Assembly: GCF_037042905.1 (NCBI RefSeq)
Contig: NC_087253.1
Coordinates: forward strand, 21,018,001 to 21,082,000
Reading direction: 5' to 3'
Length of the DNA stretch: 64,000 nt
DNA from: Lytechinus pictus
Taxonomy: Eukaryota
The notes beneath the pieces are model-generated. The model worked only from the letters and a program-made list of their open reading frames with translations. It made no database searches and was not told the DNA's origin. Shown here piece by piece: positions 49,763 to 63,814 of the stretch. The first letter of the stretch is position 1. Each line of letters starts with the position of its first letter. A program made the position numbers and the translations under genes.

Positions 49763-50061
49763 GAGTATTTTTTCTCGATTATAGCTACAAGTATTTCAGT
49801 CCAATAATCAAAGATAATGGTACAACTGTGTAGGCCTACATGTCAACTTTTAGCGAAGCACTTCTGGTATAATTAAAGGAGAGAGGGATTACTTCTTAAT
49901 GTTTTAAGTTTAAATAATACATTTTAAATTTCGCAGATATTGTTATAAGCAAAAATTAATTCATTTGCTCCCCCGATGGTAAATAGAAAAAATGTAGCAG
50001 TGATTTTGCATCAAGCATGTACCTAACTACCTTTTAACATTAAAGCAAGAAAAGAACTTAC

Positions 50062-50260
50062 TAGCCATAAAATATATTCCAATTTCCATGGTAACAAGGA
50101 CGCCTACCGTTGCAGTGTCCACATCCAGTTCGATGACGAGATATGGAATGAGTATAGATAGAGATTTGACTAGTCCAATATGCAAAAAATAAACCATGAA
50201 CTTGGAAACAATTATGACGTATCGCCATGGGTCCAAACTTGTCTGATCTGAAGATGCCAT
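50062..50260 (-). CDS. Nested SLC16/monocarboxylate transporter-like MFS gene, exon 1
   Basis: MASSDQTSLDPWRYVIIVSKFMVYFLHIGLVKSLSILIPYLVIELD... (TM1-2); donor A|gtaagt, phase 1. Confidence 0.88.
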
Positions 50261-51266
50261 TAATGACTGCTATGACACCCGTGAAACGGGTGCATGTGAA
50301 AAGTATACAAACTGAATGTAATATCTGTGGTTCACCTTTCTTCGGACGGTTATAGGTTATTAACAATATCTGAGTGAGATCCGTTTCAGTCAGACCGCAT
50401 CGCTATTTGAGTAGAATTTCTCGTACGGTCTCGCGACAGCAGCCAATTGTGCATGTGCAATTGTGATGTTTTTATACAAACTGTTTCGGTTCAATGCCCA
50501 CAATTGAAGAAAAAAAAGACCTTTATTGAAATAACGCCTTTTGGCCTCGTGGGGACAAATAAAGGCCTAAACATTATTTCATGTACATGTATATAAAGGT
50601 TTAACAATTACTTCGTGGACAGTGATTCACAAATGTATCAGCTGGCAGAAGGGGAAGTTTGCAGAAATTCCATTACTGAGATGAAAGCGTTTTTCCTAAA
50701 CGGGTACAGAAAAATAAAACAGAATATGGATGTTTGAAATCCTAATTACAAGAACAGGAAAAAGTTGTTTCCTTAATGTAGCTATGTTTATCGTTTTCCT
50801 TTTAAAAATTACACTTAAGGAGCAGGAGGGGGGGGGGGTACAATGGTGGCTTAGAGGACTTCCACCATAATAGTATAAGCAAACTTGGCGAGCCTGATTA
50901 AAATTTTTCTATTAGTTAGAGTAAACTGCTTTTCCATTGTGAAATTATTTGGTTTGGCAATAAGTTGGACCTAGCGGTCATTAAGAAAGCTGCATTCAAA
51001 GACAGCATAAAATTCATCACCAATTTTGTCACTTTTACACAGTGTGCCATATCTTTCATTATATTAAATCTTCCTGCAACTACTGGAAGATGAGTATTAC
51101 CTGGTCTAAATCTGGTAAAAAATTAAAGGCATTATTTCTTGGCAGGATTAACAAATATTTTTAGAGAATTAACTTTTTTTGTGAAGATTCTTTGACACAA
51201 GCACTGGATGTTTCTATAGAGGAATACCAACTTTGAATAAATTGGTCATCTAATCTTTTCTTAACA

Positions 51267-51848
51267 TTAAAGGGGTGGTCCGGGCTGAAAGTATTTATAG
51301 CTTAATAAATAGAGTAGAATTCACTGAGCAAAATGCTGAAAATTTCATCGAAATCGGATAACAAATAACAAAGTTATTGAATTTTAAAGTTTAACAATAT
51401 TTTGTGAAAACAGTCGTCATGAATATTCATTAAGTGGACTGGTGATGTCACATCTCCACTTGTTCTTTTGTATATGAAATTAGGTTTATTCAAATTTTTT
51501 CCTCCAAGAACTAGAAAAATTGGATTGTCAACTGATTTAGTGCATTAGATATGTATTGCTGCAACTTATTTCATTATAAGGGAGACATATTATTCACACA
51601 AGTATGAAATAATGAAAAACTTATGATTTTATGTAATAACATAAGAAAACGGAAAGTGGAGATGTGACATCATCAGCCCACCTAATGAATATTCATGACG
51701 ACTGTTTTCACAAAATATTGCTAAACTTTAAACTTCAATAACTTTATTATTTGTTAGCCGATTTTGATGAAATTTTCGGCATTTTGCTCAGTGAATTCTA
51801 CTCTATGTATAAAGATAAACATATTTTCAGCCCGGACTATCCCTTTAA
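51267..51848. mobile_element. Kolobok/T2-type foldback MITE (TTAA-AGG termini)
   Basis: TTAA TSD and long, highly similar inverted arms. Confidence 0.85.
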
Positions 51849-52149
51849 CTTTTAGCCAGAAAGGGTCACATGACTGAGATGACCATATACCATTAAAACC
51901 ACAATCTATAATAATTCCTCTAACACAGTTCAACCAGTCAAATTGTTAGCCTTGTGTGCTTTCCATCCGGAAAATGAGATATACAAGGTAAAATCAATAT
52001 TATTCTCCATTTTTTGTATGGGTTTAGCCCATGAAATTCACCATTCTGCATTTAATGTGATTTTATTTTATTAGAAAGCGCCCAAGCTCACCTAGGACCA
52101 TGTAAGTGGGGGTGGATAATTTACAGCTCAGAGCTATCTTCCAGAATTT

Positions 52150-53040
52150 CAAATGAAGCTTTTCAGCAAGAAGGCATTGAGAGAAGCCCCAAAATATCAC
52201 AACCTTAAGAAAGAATAGGTAGTACTAGACTGTCAAAAAGGCTGAGTTGAATATCGATCGGGAGAGCAAGTCTCCTACATTTGGCTATCAAATAATACAT
52301 AGCTTTCCTGGCTTGATTGTACAATTTCTTCTGAGCTTTAGCAAAGCTATCATTGTAATTAAAAGTTATACCAAGATAAATGCATTTACCTACGACATCA
52401 ATGAGCGACTTTCCTTTATACAAAGAGAGGATGTTCCTCGTTCTGCCTCTTGAAAAGATTACAGCTTTGGTCTTTGAAATGTTGATATGTAGATCTCTTT
52501 CATTACAATAAGAATAAAGAGTATCTAGGGATCTTTGCATGACGTCTTCTTTTGACTCTGCTAACATTACGGTATCATCAGCATAAAATAATGTAACAAG
52601 TTTTGATAAACAACTGTATCCTCAGTTTGAAATAGATCTAGATTTGACACAATAGCAAGTTTTTAACAAGATTTCAGAAGATTCTTTCAAGGTCATTCAA
52701 ATAATTTGCAAAAAAGAGGGGTGATAAGTTGTCACCTTGTCTTATACCAATCAGTGAAGGAAAAATTTGTGATAGTTGACCAGAATTAGACTTAACACAA
52801 GATTTAGCCTTCTTTTACATATATATAATGATATTAAAGACTTTACCATTAATTCCATAATCAATTAGTTGATTCCACAGTTAGACTCTATGTATTGAGT
52901 CAAATGCCTTCCGATAGTCATTGAAAGTGCAATATAGCTTTTTCTTTTTACTCAAACAAATGTCTACAACTGATTTGAGCCGGCTGAATATATGATCTAA
53001 TGTACACAGATAATTCATCACTGTAGGCAAGACATCAGAT
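52150..53040 (-). mobile_element. Heavily decayed LINE reverse-transcriptase fragment
   Basis: LYCTFNDYRKAFDSI, GIRQGDNLSPLFF, FYADDTV, INISKTK and YLGI motifs with stops and frameshifts. Confidence 0.75.
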
Positions 53041-53145
53041 TCATAGTGGCATCCTGCAAACTTGAGTGTTTCATTTCTTTCACCCTCTGACAGGGTTTCT
53101 CCTTTCATTGTGGATCGATGATATTAGCAAGATCGTGCGCCGGTG

Positions 53146-54087
53146 TCATTGCCTTCTTGTATCTGTTTTGCCTCTTCGAAAGGGTTTCTCTTTCCAGATA
53201 TTTACTGCCCTTCCTATGTTGCAAGCATCTGCTTGTACCCGGTCAAGAGCAGTAGCAATAGCTGAAAGCCGAGCCAACGGGTCTTCCGCGGACCTCTTGA
53301 GAGAAAGATCGATGACTTTCCTTCTGATAACACGGCCAATCTTGTCTCGCAACTCTTCCACTATTTTCATCAAGGCAGGCCATTCTTGGAGATAGGAGTT
53401 AAAGCTATCAGCCACGGTGTTCCGGTGTGTTTCATGTGGAAGAACAAGACTATGGCCACTCTCCTGTTTCAATGCTGCACCTGCTAGATGATTGTTCCAA
53501 AAGTACTTGAGAGTGTGAACTACATGATTCTTTACACCAGCTGTCTCCAGATCATGGACCAGAAGATTCAACTGATGTGCTGCACATCCGTAGGTCAAAA
53601 ATTTATTCTCTTTCTGTTCTTCTGCCAGCTCTCTCCTCATTTTGGCAACATTGGCTGCATTATCTGTGACAACCGAACCAACTGTGCAGTTGAAGTCAGC
53701 TTCAGCTTTCCGGATAGACTCTGTAGCCAGTTCTGTTAGATACTCTACTGTGTGTGGATGACCAGATGTATCAATTGTTTCCAAAAGATAAATCTCCCCT
53801 TCAGCGGTGGTTGCTGTTACACAGATGATTGGTTCGTTGTGAACATCAGACCAGCCATCCAGTCCCATGCACTCTGTTTTCATCCAAAGATGCTCCTGAC
53901 ATTGGCTGCGGTATTTTTTGTAGACCTTTGGCAAATGCTTATCTGCAATGTCCTTTCGAGAGAGAGGTGTGTAACCAGGGTGAAGCATGTCTACCAATTT
54001 CTTGAATTCAGCATGCTCTGTCAGTCTGAAAGGATAATTTATAGCAAATATCATGGTTGCTACTTGTTCATCAAGTCTCTGTTTCAT
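53146..54087 (-). mobile_element. hAT-superfamily transposase fragment
   Basis: PF...F..L...L.PGY...SR, DGWS, VVTDNAAN and CAAHQLNL motifs; truncated, no TIRs seen. Confidence 0.85.
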
Positions 54088-54973
54088 TACTGTATTTGTC
54101 TTGGTAATGAAGAAATCAATCTTCCTTTCCTTCGCTTGTCCTTGTTGACTACATGAAGGTGCAGTTCTGTTTCCTGAAGGTAGAAATGATGCATATGTCT
54201 TAAACGTATATTGGTGAGCCAGAAAATAAAAGAATGTAACTCACAAGTAATTGAATTAAAAATTGAATACTTGTACCTCCCATTAACCCTACAAGAAATT
54301 ACTTTGCATGCATGCTCTGGGTATTTCTCATTTACATATAATGTTTCACTTATACACTGTAAAGCAACTATCAATCATTGGCATTCACAGGGAAGTCTCA
54401 ACTTTCAAGAATAAGAAATATATTAATCTTTAGAGTTGTATTCAAACATGATTCGGCACAAGGTTCTGAACCTTCGAGCAACTATTCCACTTGCTTACAA
54501 AAATAGTTAAACATATCCCCCGAATAGTGTTGTAGAACTAACCTGGCCTTATTTGTAGAAATATTCATAATTTGTTTATTTCAGGACACACAAGGTCATA
54601 AATTAGGAACATGTCATAAAAATACATATTCTTGCCTAGAGAATGTAGTGGTGAATGGTCAGGAGTTGAGCTGGGTCCAGGGGCCCGTTTCATAAAGGAC
54701 TTGCAACTGTTGTAACTTTGCCATTATGGCAACTACCATGGTAACTTTGAATTTGATTAGCTGCTGAGCCCTGTTTAATACCATGGTAGTTGCCATAATT
54801 GCTTTCAGTTCCACAAGCAGATCAAAATCAGCTTTGTTTTCATGCTTAGTGAATAAGTCCTTCAATAATTTCCAAAATACCCCTTTCTTAGATTTCGATG
54901 TCTTTATTCTCTCTACAAAATCCTATTCGTACTTTAGTTTGGCTAATTTAATAACCTACTTATAATCCTTACC

Positions 54974-55293
54974 CGGTTTATTTCCAATACGTCCAATTGC
55001 CAACTCGTCTACTGTCATTCGGTCTACCATCAGTTCGTCCACTCACCACATGGTCTACTTTCATTTAGTCTAATGCCAGTTGGTCCAATAGCCATTTAGT
55101 CCATATACCATTTGCTCTATTTGGACTAAGTGTTATATTGTGCAAAATGAGTAAAAATTAAATGGATATTTGACCAACTGGTTATGAGACGAAATTGTCA
55201 TAGACGAAATGTTGATGGAATGGCATTATGCTGAATGAAGGTAGACCATGTGGTGAGCGGACGAATTGGCAGTAGACGAATTGGCAATTTACC
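54974..55293. mobile_element. MITE, same family as 24935-25337
   Basis: CGGTTTATTTCCAAT...AATTGGCAATTTACC. Confidence 0.65.
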
Positions 55294-55642
55294 AAGCTTA
55301 CCCATACCTAGATCAATTATTTCTATATCTAACCTTAGCATGAATATACCTATTCCTAGCTTCCTGGCAATTACGATTGAACCAACTATTACGATGACGA
55401 TTACTACTGTTACTTACATGTATTTTATTCTTACTATTTAAAAAAAAACCCGACAATTTTGGCAGGTTTCTTAAAGAAACATTAAATCTTCCCAGTAAGA
55501 AAATTTATAACTGATGAGTCAATTGTTTCAGGAGTCAAGAGAATCTGATCAAGCTCAGTTTCTGATTCCACTATCATGAAAAGGAGTTTCCATAAAGGCG
55601 TTCCAATGGGGTTTAACAAAATAATAACTTTATAAATGATCA

Positions 55643-55866
55643 CACTGTAAAACTGACACTAGTTGGTGTTAATAGAAGACCACACCCTGAGGTGTTAAAA
55701 TTACACCCTAGAGATTGAACATAACACCAAAGAGTGTAAATGTAACAATCAAATGTGTTGTAATAACACATATAGGTGTTAAACTAACACTGTCAATTTT
55801 ACACCGGTGTAAAATAACTGGTGTGGTCCTCTATGTACACACGTTAACATTACAGTTTTTTCTGTG
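55643..55866. mobile_element. CACTG/CACAG-ended MITE (EnSpm-like)
   Basis: CACTGTAAAA...TTTTTCTGTG with inverted interior. Confidence 0.55.
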
Positions 55867-56530
55867 TATAATTAGCATTTACGTGAGGTTTATCGTCTAC
55901 TATGTGTTCAGTATCAACCGTTGTGATTGATCCATGGTTATAGTTCCTTAGGCTGAGTAGGATAGGATTAATAAATGTCTGACAAAAGTAAATATATCAA
56001 CTATTTAAACAATTGAGCTCGCGCTTCGCGCTGGCATGGTATTCGATATTCTTGTTTCTATGAATGGAAATTTAGTTAGGACTAACCACTGAAAGAAAAG
56101 AGAGAAAAAAATCGGATTTTGGCGGCCGCGACGGGGAACATGTGAATAAAAATAGTTTTGACGGCCACTCCTATTGATGAAAGCTGGATCTGCCCCTGGG
56201 TATGACGAAAGAAAAAGTAACTGAGAAGAATAAGGAACTCTACCATAAGTCATGGACGTCGGTAATCGGTACCGATATTTGTCGGTAGTCACGGCCTTCA
56301 CCCCCCCCCCCCCCCCCCCCACTGAAAAAGGCCTAGCGAGGCCCCTGGTTACACCGTGACCCGAATTAAACGAGACTTCGGAATAATAACATATTTTTAT
56401 GTATTATGATGATTATTACATATTGATGCAAAGTTATTGTTTTTTCTGGGACTGCGTGGCAACTTGACGATGGTCCGATACCTGAATAATACGGGTCATA
56501 GTATTCTATTTCTTTTTTATTGTTCCATAG

Positions 56531-56864
<334 letters not shown>

Positions 56865-56879
56865 GAAGGAGGGTATAGG

Positions 56880-57115
56880 AGAAAGTGTGTGTGTGTGGGT
56901 GTGTAAGTATATAGTGAGTGTGACAAAGTGAGAGAGGGAGAGAGAGGGGAAGAGGGTTTGTGTGTGTATGTGTGTGTAAGTATAGAAGAGAGAGTGACAG
57001 AGGGAGAAAGAGGGTGAGGGTGTGTGTGTGTGTGGGTGTGTGTGTAAGTGTATAGAGACTGACAGAGGGAGAGAGTATAGGAGAGGGAACTTGGAGAGAG
57101 GAGAGCTAGGGAGAA
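56880..57115. repeat. (GT)n/(GA)n low-complexity tract
   Basis: Read directly. Confidence 0.8.
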
Positions 57116-57676
57116 CAGGAGGGATAAGTGCTGGCGATGACATGTGTGATAAGACTTACAATCGATTCGAATACTGTATTTTGATTGATTTTATCATATT
57201 TAATATCGAATGCAATACGTTATCTTACAAAGCTATACGCCTTGTTTGTTTTTTTAGATCAATTACAAGGCATCATCTCGAAGATAGCCTATTGTAACTA
57301 CAGAACAAGACGTACAATCGATCAAAAATAATGTTTAATTGATTTTGTCACATTTGAAATCGATTGCAATTTTTTGATTTTATACCCTTTGAATGTTTCC
57401 AAAATCAATAGTCTTCATTCAGAGTTCGACTTAATATTAGTTATTTTATAACATGTTTTTATATCTATTCTCAATTCAAATATACAGTAACAATATAAAT
57501 CTTATAAACAAATTATCCAATCACTAAAACAAGTATCACAGACTTGTACAGCGGTCATTGAGAATAGAAAGAAATAAAATGATGATAATGCATAAACATA
57601 CTATACTTGTCTCTAATATGGATTGAAATTCATAAAAAGCGAAATGATAAGAAAGAAAAACAAAGACGAAATGACA

Positions 57677-60600
57677 TTTTTTTTTTTTTTTAAAGGATGT
57701 TTTATTATATTCTCTCAAATCAAAATAAACATTCACATTCCATAAGCAAGTTGTACAAACTATTTGAAACATGATTATAAATTATACAATAAATCCATAA
57801 CAAATATAATTATACAAACTATACATCAAACTTCAAAGATACTAGAAATTAATACTAATGCGTTTCAGCAATTACAAAATGAAATATTAACAAGATGTAT
57901 GAATGATAAGAGAGAAAAAAAAGATAAAAAGTGTTGTTCTACCTCCCAACCCCCCCCCCCCGTCCCTAGGTTAGGAGCACCCTCCCCTTTTTATGCCTAT
58001 ACTCTACATGGAAGGGACTACAATTCTCCGTATTTATTTATTTTTGTATTTTTTGTGTGGTTTTGTCTCTCGTTGTATATATAACTTTGCCTCACTCTCC
58101 CTATATATTCTTTTAATTCAGATTTTCCCATTTCCTTAAATGTAGAGACATCTTACCTCTACCTAGCGCCAGCCTTCTTTCTTCCCATTCTTCTTCTTTA
58201 AATTTCCTTTTAATTTCATCCATGGTTATAAGTGCACCCTTTTCCCTCCCTTTGAAGATTAAAAATTTAACAAAGATTAGAAAATGATTGACTAAACGTT
58301 CCTTTCCTTCGTCCTTTAATTCTACACCTACAAGAATTTCCTCCCAGCTTAAATTGCCCGTCGAAATAAAACCAAACATCTTCTTACAATTATCCCAAAC
58401 CAGACAAGCATATTCACATTCCAAAAATAGATGCCGATATGTTTCTTCCTCTTTTTTACAATAACAACAAAGATTATTCTGTGAGATTTTAAAACGGAAC
58501 AAGTGATGATTTGTATAAGCAATGCCGTGTAACATTTTAAACTGAAACTCTCTTAATCTACTGTTCAGAGTACATTGTCTTGGTCTCATAAAAATCTTTT
58601 CAATCTTTTCATAAGAAAAACTATATTTGTTTTTTAACCTTTCGAAAACATCAGGTATTGTGAAGTTACATTTCATAAAATTTGCATAAACGTTTTTAGA
58701 TACTAACTCCTCTATTGACAAAATTCTTTTTCCAGATATAAATGATATTTCTTCCCTAAGAGAAGCATCTTTGCTATCTATTTTCATATTTCGTTTCCAG
58801 CTGACTGGAAAAGTTTTATAAATTGACTCTATCAAATGAAAATCATTTATGTTTAAACCCTGTCTTTGGAAGTACGAAAATGACCTTAAGTTTCCATCAC
58901 AATCCATAATATGTTTCAGTCTGTAAATATTTTTTTCATATACTTTTTGGTTAAATATGCATTTCCCTTCAATTCGTACAAATTTATTGTTAAAAAATAT
59001 CTCATTTCCTTTATATGTTTCAGATTTTAATCGAAAATCCTTCGTCTCTATCCATACTTCTAGCAAATCTATATAAAATTGCGGCAATGCTATCTCCAAC
59101 ACTCCAAGCAAATAATCGCATGAAAATATAAAATTTCCTCCTAGATGTTTTGTGGCATAATTGAAATATTGTTTCCATTTCATTGCATTATTTTCTTTTA
59201 GTCGTTTAATCCACATAACTCTCTGTGCCTTTATTAACCATTGAAAATTCATCATTTTCAAGCCGCCTTGATGGTAATCTAAATACATCGTTCTTTTGTT
59301 GATCTTATTTCTGCCAACCCACAAAAAAGTAAAAGCCAACTGATCAAGTTCAACATAAACCCATCCTGGGATTGGTGTGAGAGATGCCACATATATGAAT
59401 TTTGAAAAGATAAATTGCTTTAATAATTGTATTTTGCCCATCAAAGTTAAATCTCTTTGCTTCCACCAGTTTAACAACTTCTTTATTTTACTTAATATTT
59501 CTTTATAATTCAATCTTTCTTTTACTTCTACATCTAAAGAAAAAAATACACCAAGAATCTTTATAAAATCCACCTTTTGGCCAAAAGATAAATCATATGA
59601 TTTTCCTTGAGAGGAACCTAGTAATAAAACCTTCGTCTTATCGCTGATACTTTTCTGAATTTTTCTAAAATTTCTATTACTTTTTTGACTGAATCTAGAT
59701 CTCGGACAAAAATAGACATATCATCTGCATACAAAACCTGTTTTACTTCTTCCTTTCCAAAGGAAATTCCTTTAACATCATTATTATATCTTATATTATG
59801 CGCTAATACTTCTATGCATAAAATGAAAAGATATGGTGAAAGCGGATCTCCCTGCCTTACCCCTCTTTCCACATGAAAATAGCTTGTAGAATCTCCTCCA
59901 TTAAAAATACAACTTTGGCTATTTGTATACAATATTTTGACCCATTTGCGAAATTGCTGGCCAAAACCGAATGAACCTAATGTGTGATGTAAAAATTTGT
60001 GGGATATCGAATCAAAGGCTTTTTCTAAATCAATTGCTATCATATACCCAGGGATATTATTATATAACGTATGAAAAAGCATATCATCAATTAATCTGAT
60101 AGCTTCTCCTATATTCCTGTTTTTAATAAATCCTATTTGATCTGCTAATACAACGCTTTCCAAAACCTCTTTAATTCGTTTTGCTAAAACTTTGGATATG
60201 ATCTTATAATATGTATTCAATAACGAAATGGGTCTATAATTCTTTACGTAATGTGGGTCTTTCCCTTCTTTAGCTAATAAAATAATAATTGCTTGTTTTT
60301 GTGATGCAGAAAGTTCTCCAAGAGCAAAAGCTTCATTGAATGCCCCAATCAATACATCCTTTATTTCAGCCCAAAATGTACAATAAAATTCAACTGTTAA
60401 CCCATCGTTTCCAGGGGATTTATTTTGCTTCATTTCTTTCAGTACCGAAATACACTCCTCTTCTAATATATCCCCTTCACAGCTTTCAGAATCTTCAGAT
60501 GTTAACGTTGGTACATTTTTAAAGAAATCCCTAAAATCTTCCGTGTATTCCCTAGCATAAAGATGGGTATAAAATGATTTAATTTCATTTAAAACTTCTT

Positions 60601-61860
60601 TCTCATTTTCAGTAATTTCTTCGTTAACCTTAACTAATTTTGTAATAGTACTTTTCTTCTTGTTAGATTGTAATAGTTGACTAAAGTACCTTGTATCCCT
60701 TTCTCCACTTTCGTACCATGTTGCACGAGACCGAATTTTAATACCTTCATTAATATACTCGTAACTATCTGCAAGTTCTTTCCTTTTCTTTTCTATCTTT
60801 TTAATCAATTCTTCATCTACTGAATTTACGCAACTATTTTCTAAACATTCCAATTCCTTTTCGAGAGATTCTTTTTTAAATTTTTTTTCCTTAGCCAGTT
60901 TTTTCGAAAAAGTTCTTGTGAAAGACATTATTTTCATTTTCAAATAATCCCATACAACTCTTCTATCTTTAACTTCTGTCTTTATTTTCTCCTTTAATGT
61001 AAGTATTTCTATTTTCATCTTTTTCACATATTCTATATTACCACAAAGGCTATTATTAAATTTCCAATAAGAACCATTCTTTTTACGCATTTCCTTATCA
61101 GTTTTATCATACAAGAACAAAAATATAGCTGAATGGTCAGGAGCTATAGATGGTAAAATTTTGCACCTAATAACAACATTTACCAATTCATCTGATATTA
61201 GCCAATGATCTAATCTGCTTTGCATAAACGGATTATTTTTAGTGAAGGTAAATTGTCTTTTCAATGGATTTCTCTCCCTCCATATGTCTATCAATTGTAG
61301 TTCCTCCATAAAATTTTCTACTTCTTTACTAACCTTGTCATGTAATTTTTGTTTCACTGTTCCATTATAATCTAATTCAGAATTCATAATAATATTAAAA
61401 TCTCCTCCCATTAAAACAGGTTTGTTACAACTATTTATTTTGTTTAATTTTATAAGCATATCCTTTAAAAATTTTATTTGATGATTTTCTTTATCCCTCG
61501 TAGGTAAGTATACATTACAAAGGACCATTCTATGTCCTTGGATTTCACAATCAATGAGTATGTATCGCCCTTCGTCATCGTGTTTTATATTTATAAGTTT
61601 AAAGTCTAGCGAGGTTTTGATAAGAATGAGTACTCCTCTGCTGTGATTTGATCCATGACTATAGTAACATGACCCATCCCACCCAGAACTCCATCTATCC
61701 TCTACATCTTTTGTACTATACGTCTCCTGTAAAAAAATTACATCCCCTTTTTCTTTGCACCATGAAAATATTCGTCCCCTTTTCGCGTATTCTCTTATTC
61801 CTCTAACATTTAAGGAAACAAAATTACAATTTAAACATCTATTCATAAAGAAAATCTAAA
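57677..61860 (-). mobile_element. Tx1/L1-clade LINE, 5'-truncated (ORF2 only), one frameshift
   Basis: ORFs 59618-61846 (SLNVRG, LQET, GDFN, SRLD, YRPISLLN, RQGDPLSP, YADD) and 58113-59573 (CxxC...HLFxxC knuckle); AATAAA + poly(A) tail. Confidence 0.92.
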
Positions 61861-62238
61861 AAGATCATTCCAACATTTTTTTACGATCGATTAAGAGCTG
61901 TTAATTTTTTTTCCAATACATCCATAATTTTGTTTTCAGTGAATTTTGAAATATGTTCCATGAAACTGGGGCGGCATGAACAAATGAATGAACGTCGATC
62001 ATAAAATCATAGGCCTATTTTTGTGAAGTTTTGAGGAATTATTACATAACACTTTTCTGTGTGAACGTATATGTCATGATGGTTATATAATTTTATCTTA
62101 TATCCAATATAATATGACATTTCAATCAAGTGTCAAATATTACCTATTTTTACAATCATATTAGAGAAGTCCATGTTTTTTCTTCATATGAATTCTATGT
62201 TTGATGATTTTGATTGTTGATATAAAAAAAAAATTTAA

Positions 62239-62460
62239 TACACAGTAAAAACGCTGTTTAAAATTTTATACAACGCTGTTTACTATATGAACCTTACAAT
62301 ATTTGTTTAACCGTTTAAACAATCATGTTTAATTTATTGAAGATTAGATATTGAAAATTAAACTTTGTTGCTTAAGATTTAAACACTTGTTTAAACTGTT
62401 TAAACAATTACTGTAAGGTTCATATAGTAAACAGCGTTGTATAATTTTTTTTACTGTGTA
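62239..62460. mobile_element. CACAG-ended palindromic MITE
   Basis: TA-CACAGTAAAAA...TTTTTACTGTG-TA with long inverted arms. Confidence 0.7.
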
Positions 62461-62546
62461 TGTAGCGCCTCGAGTAGTAATTCATTAGAAAATGCGCATT
62501 AGAAATGATTATTATTATTATAATTATTGTTATTATTATTATATAG

Positions 62547-62652
62547 ATCGGAGGCGAATTTTCCAGTACTGTTATCTACAATATGAATGCTAAAGGGCGT
62601 GTGTGTGTATGTGGATCCATCAGTGCCTACAATGCGAAGGAATCCCCAAAGG
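62547..62652 (+). CDS. PTGR1: PTGR1 coding exon 7
   Basis: atatag|, IGGEFSSTVIYNMNAKGRVCVCGSISAYNAKESPK, G|gtacgt. Confidence 0.93.
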
Positions 62653-63099
62653 GTACGTAAATATCATAATCATACCAATCTTTTACATCAAAGTTCCCTA
62701 TAAAGATTACGTAAACAAATTAATGATAAAAACATAAATGAATATATACATATATATACAATAATCATATATAATTTCATTGAAGAATGTCTTTAAAACA
62801 TAAGAAATTATAATGAAGTCAATGATAGCAGCTTGGTTAAGAAAGGACCTGGATGTTTGTTATTATAATTATTATCATGTTAATTCATGTTTTCCGGGGG
62901 GGGGGGTGGGGTAACGTAAATGTTCAAACATGAAACCTACTTTTTACCGAATAATTGATTTTATTTTATTCGATATTTCACCCTTTTCCTTTCCTTTTCT
63001 TTCATTTTTCTTGGTAGTGATTTTTTAAGGGGAGGTCAAGTGCTCAAAGCCCCCCTAAATCATTAAGCTAGTGATTTATAGATTTTAAAATGTAATAAA

Positions 63100-63460
63100 C
63101 GAGAGCGTTGTTGGCTCAGTCGGCGTCTGCCCGTCGAACCAAAGATCGTGGGTTTGAGCCCACCCCGGGCGGATGACTGAAGCCAGTGCGTTGTGTGTAA
63201 ACGTCTCTCCCATGTTTCATAGACACAGGCTATGTTACAATGGAAAACACTCCGTCCCTCGGATAGGACGTTAAATGGAGGCCCCGTGTAGAGGAGAGAC
63301 ACCACCTTTGCACATTAAGAACCCACTGCATTATTCGGGAAACCCCGGTGTAGTGGTCCACCTGCACTCCCCCAAATCAGTTATATCGGGACGAGAGACC
63401 TGCGGGTCGTAGTGATTCAGTTTGCTTTTCGCCTCCCAGGCACAGGTGACGCCAAACAAA
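63100..63460 (+). mobile_element. tRNA-derived Deu-domain SINE
   Basis: TGGCTCAGTCGG / GGTTTGAGCCC boxes; CCGTCCCTCGGATAGGACGTTAAATGGAGGCCCCGT...TTAAGAACCCACTGCATTATTCG resembles the recalled Deu domain; (AAT)n tail. Confidence 0.75.
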
Positions 63461-63558
63461 TAATAATGATAATAATAATAATAATAATAATGATGATGAT
63501 AATAATAATAATAATGATGATAACAATGATAATAATTATAATGATAATAATGATAAAG

Positions 63559-63618
<60 letters not shown>

Positions 63619-63647
63619 TTAATAATATTAATAATATTAATAATAAA
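63458..63647. repeat. (AAT/GAT)n microsatellite, expanded SINE tail
   Basis: Read directly. Confidence 0.9.
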
Positions 63648-63695
63648 ACATAACCTGACCAATAATTGTTTTTCTTCACCTCTTTCTCTGATCAG

Positions 63696-63814
63696 CGAGA
63701 ATCCTCCAGCCTGCCATCATCTTTCAACGATTGTCAATCGAAGGGTTCCTGGTGTTTGATCACAAGGATAAATATATGGTAGCTGTAAAACAACTAATGG
63801 CGTGGCTAAATGAG
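63696..63814 (+). CDS. PTGR1: PTGR1 coding exon 8 (final exon lies beyond the window)
   Basis: Pyrimidine tract + atcag|, ARILQPAIIFQRLSIEGFLVFDHKDKYMVAVKQLMAWLNE, GAG|gtatgg. Confidence 0.92.
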
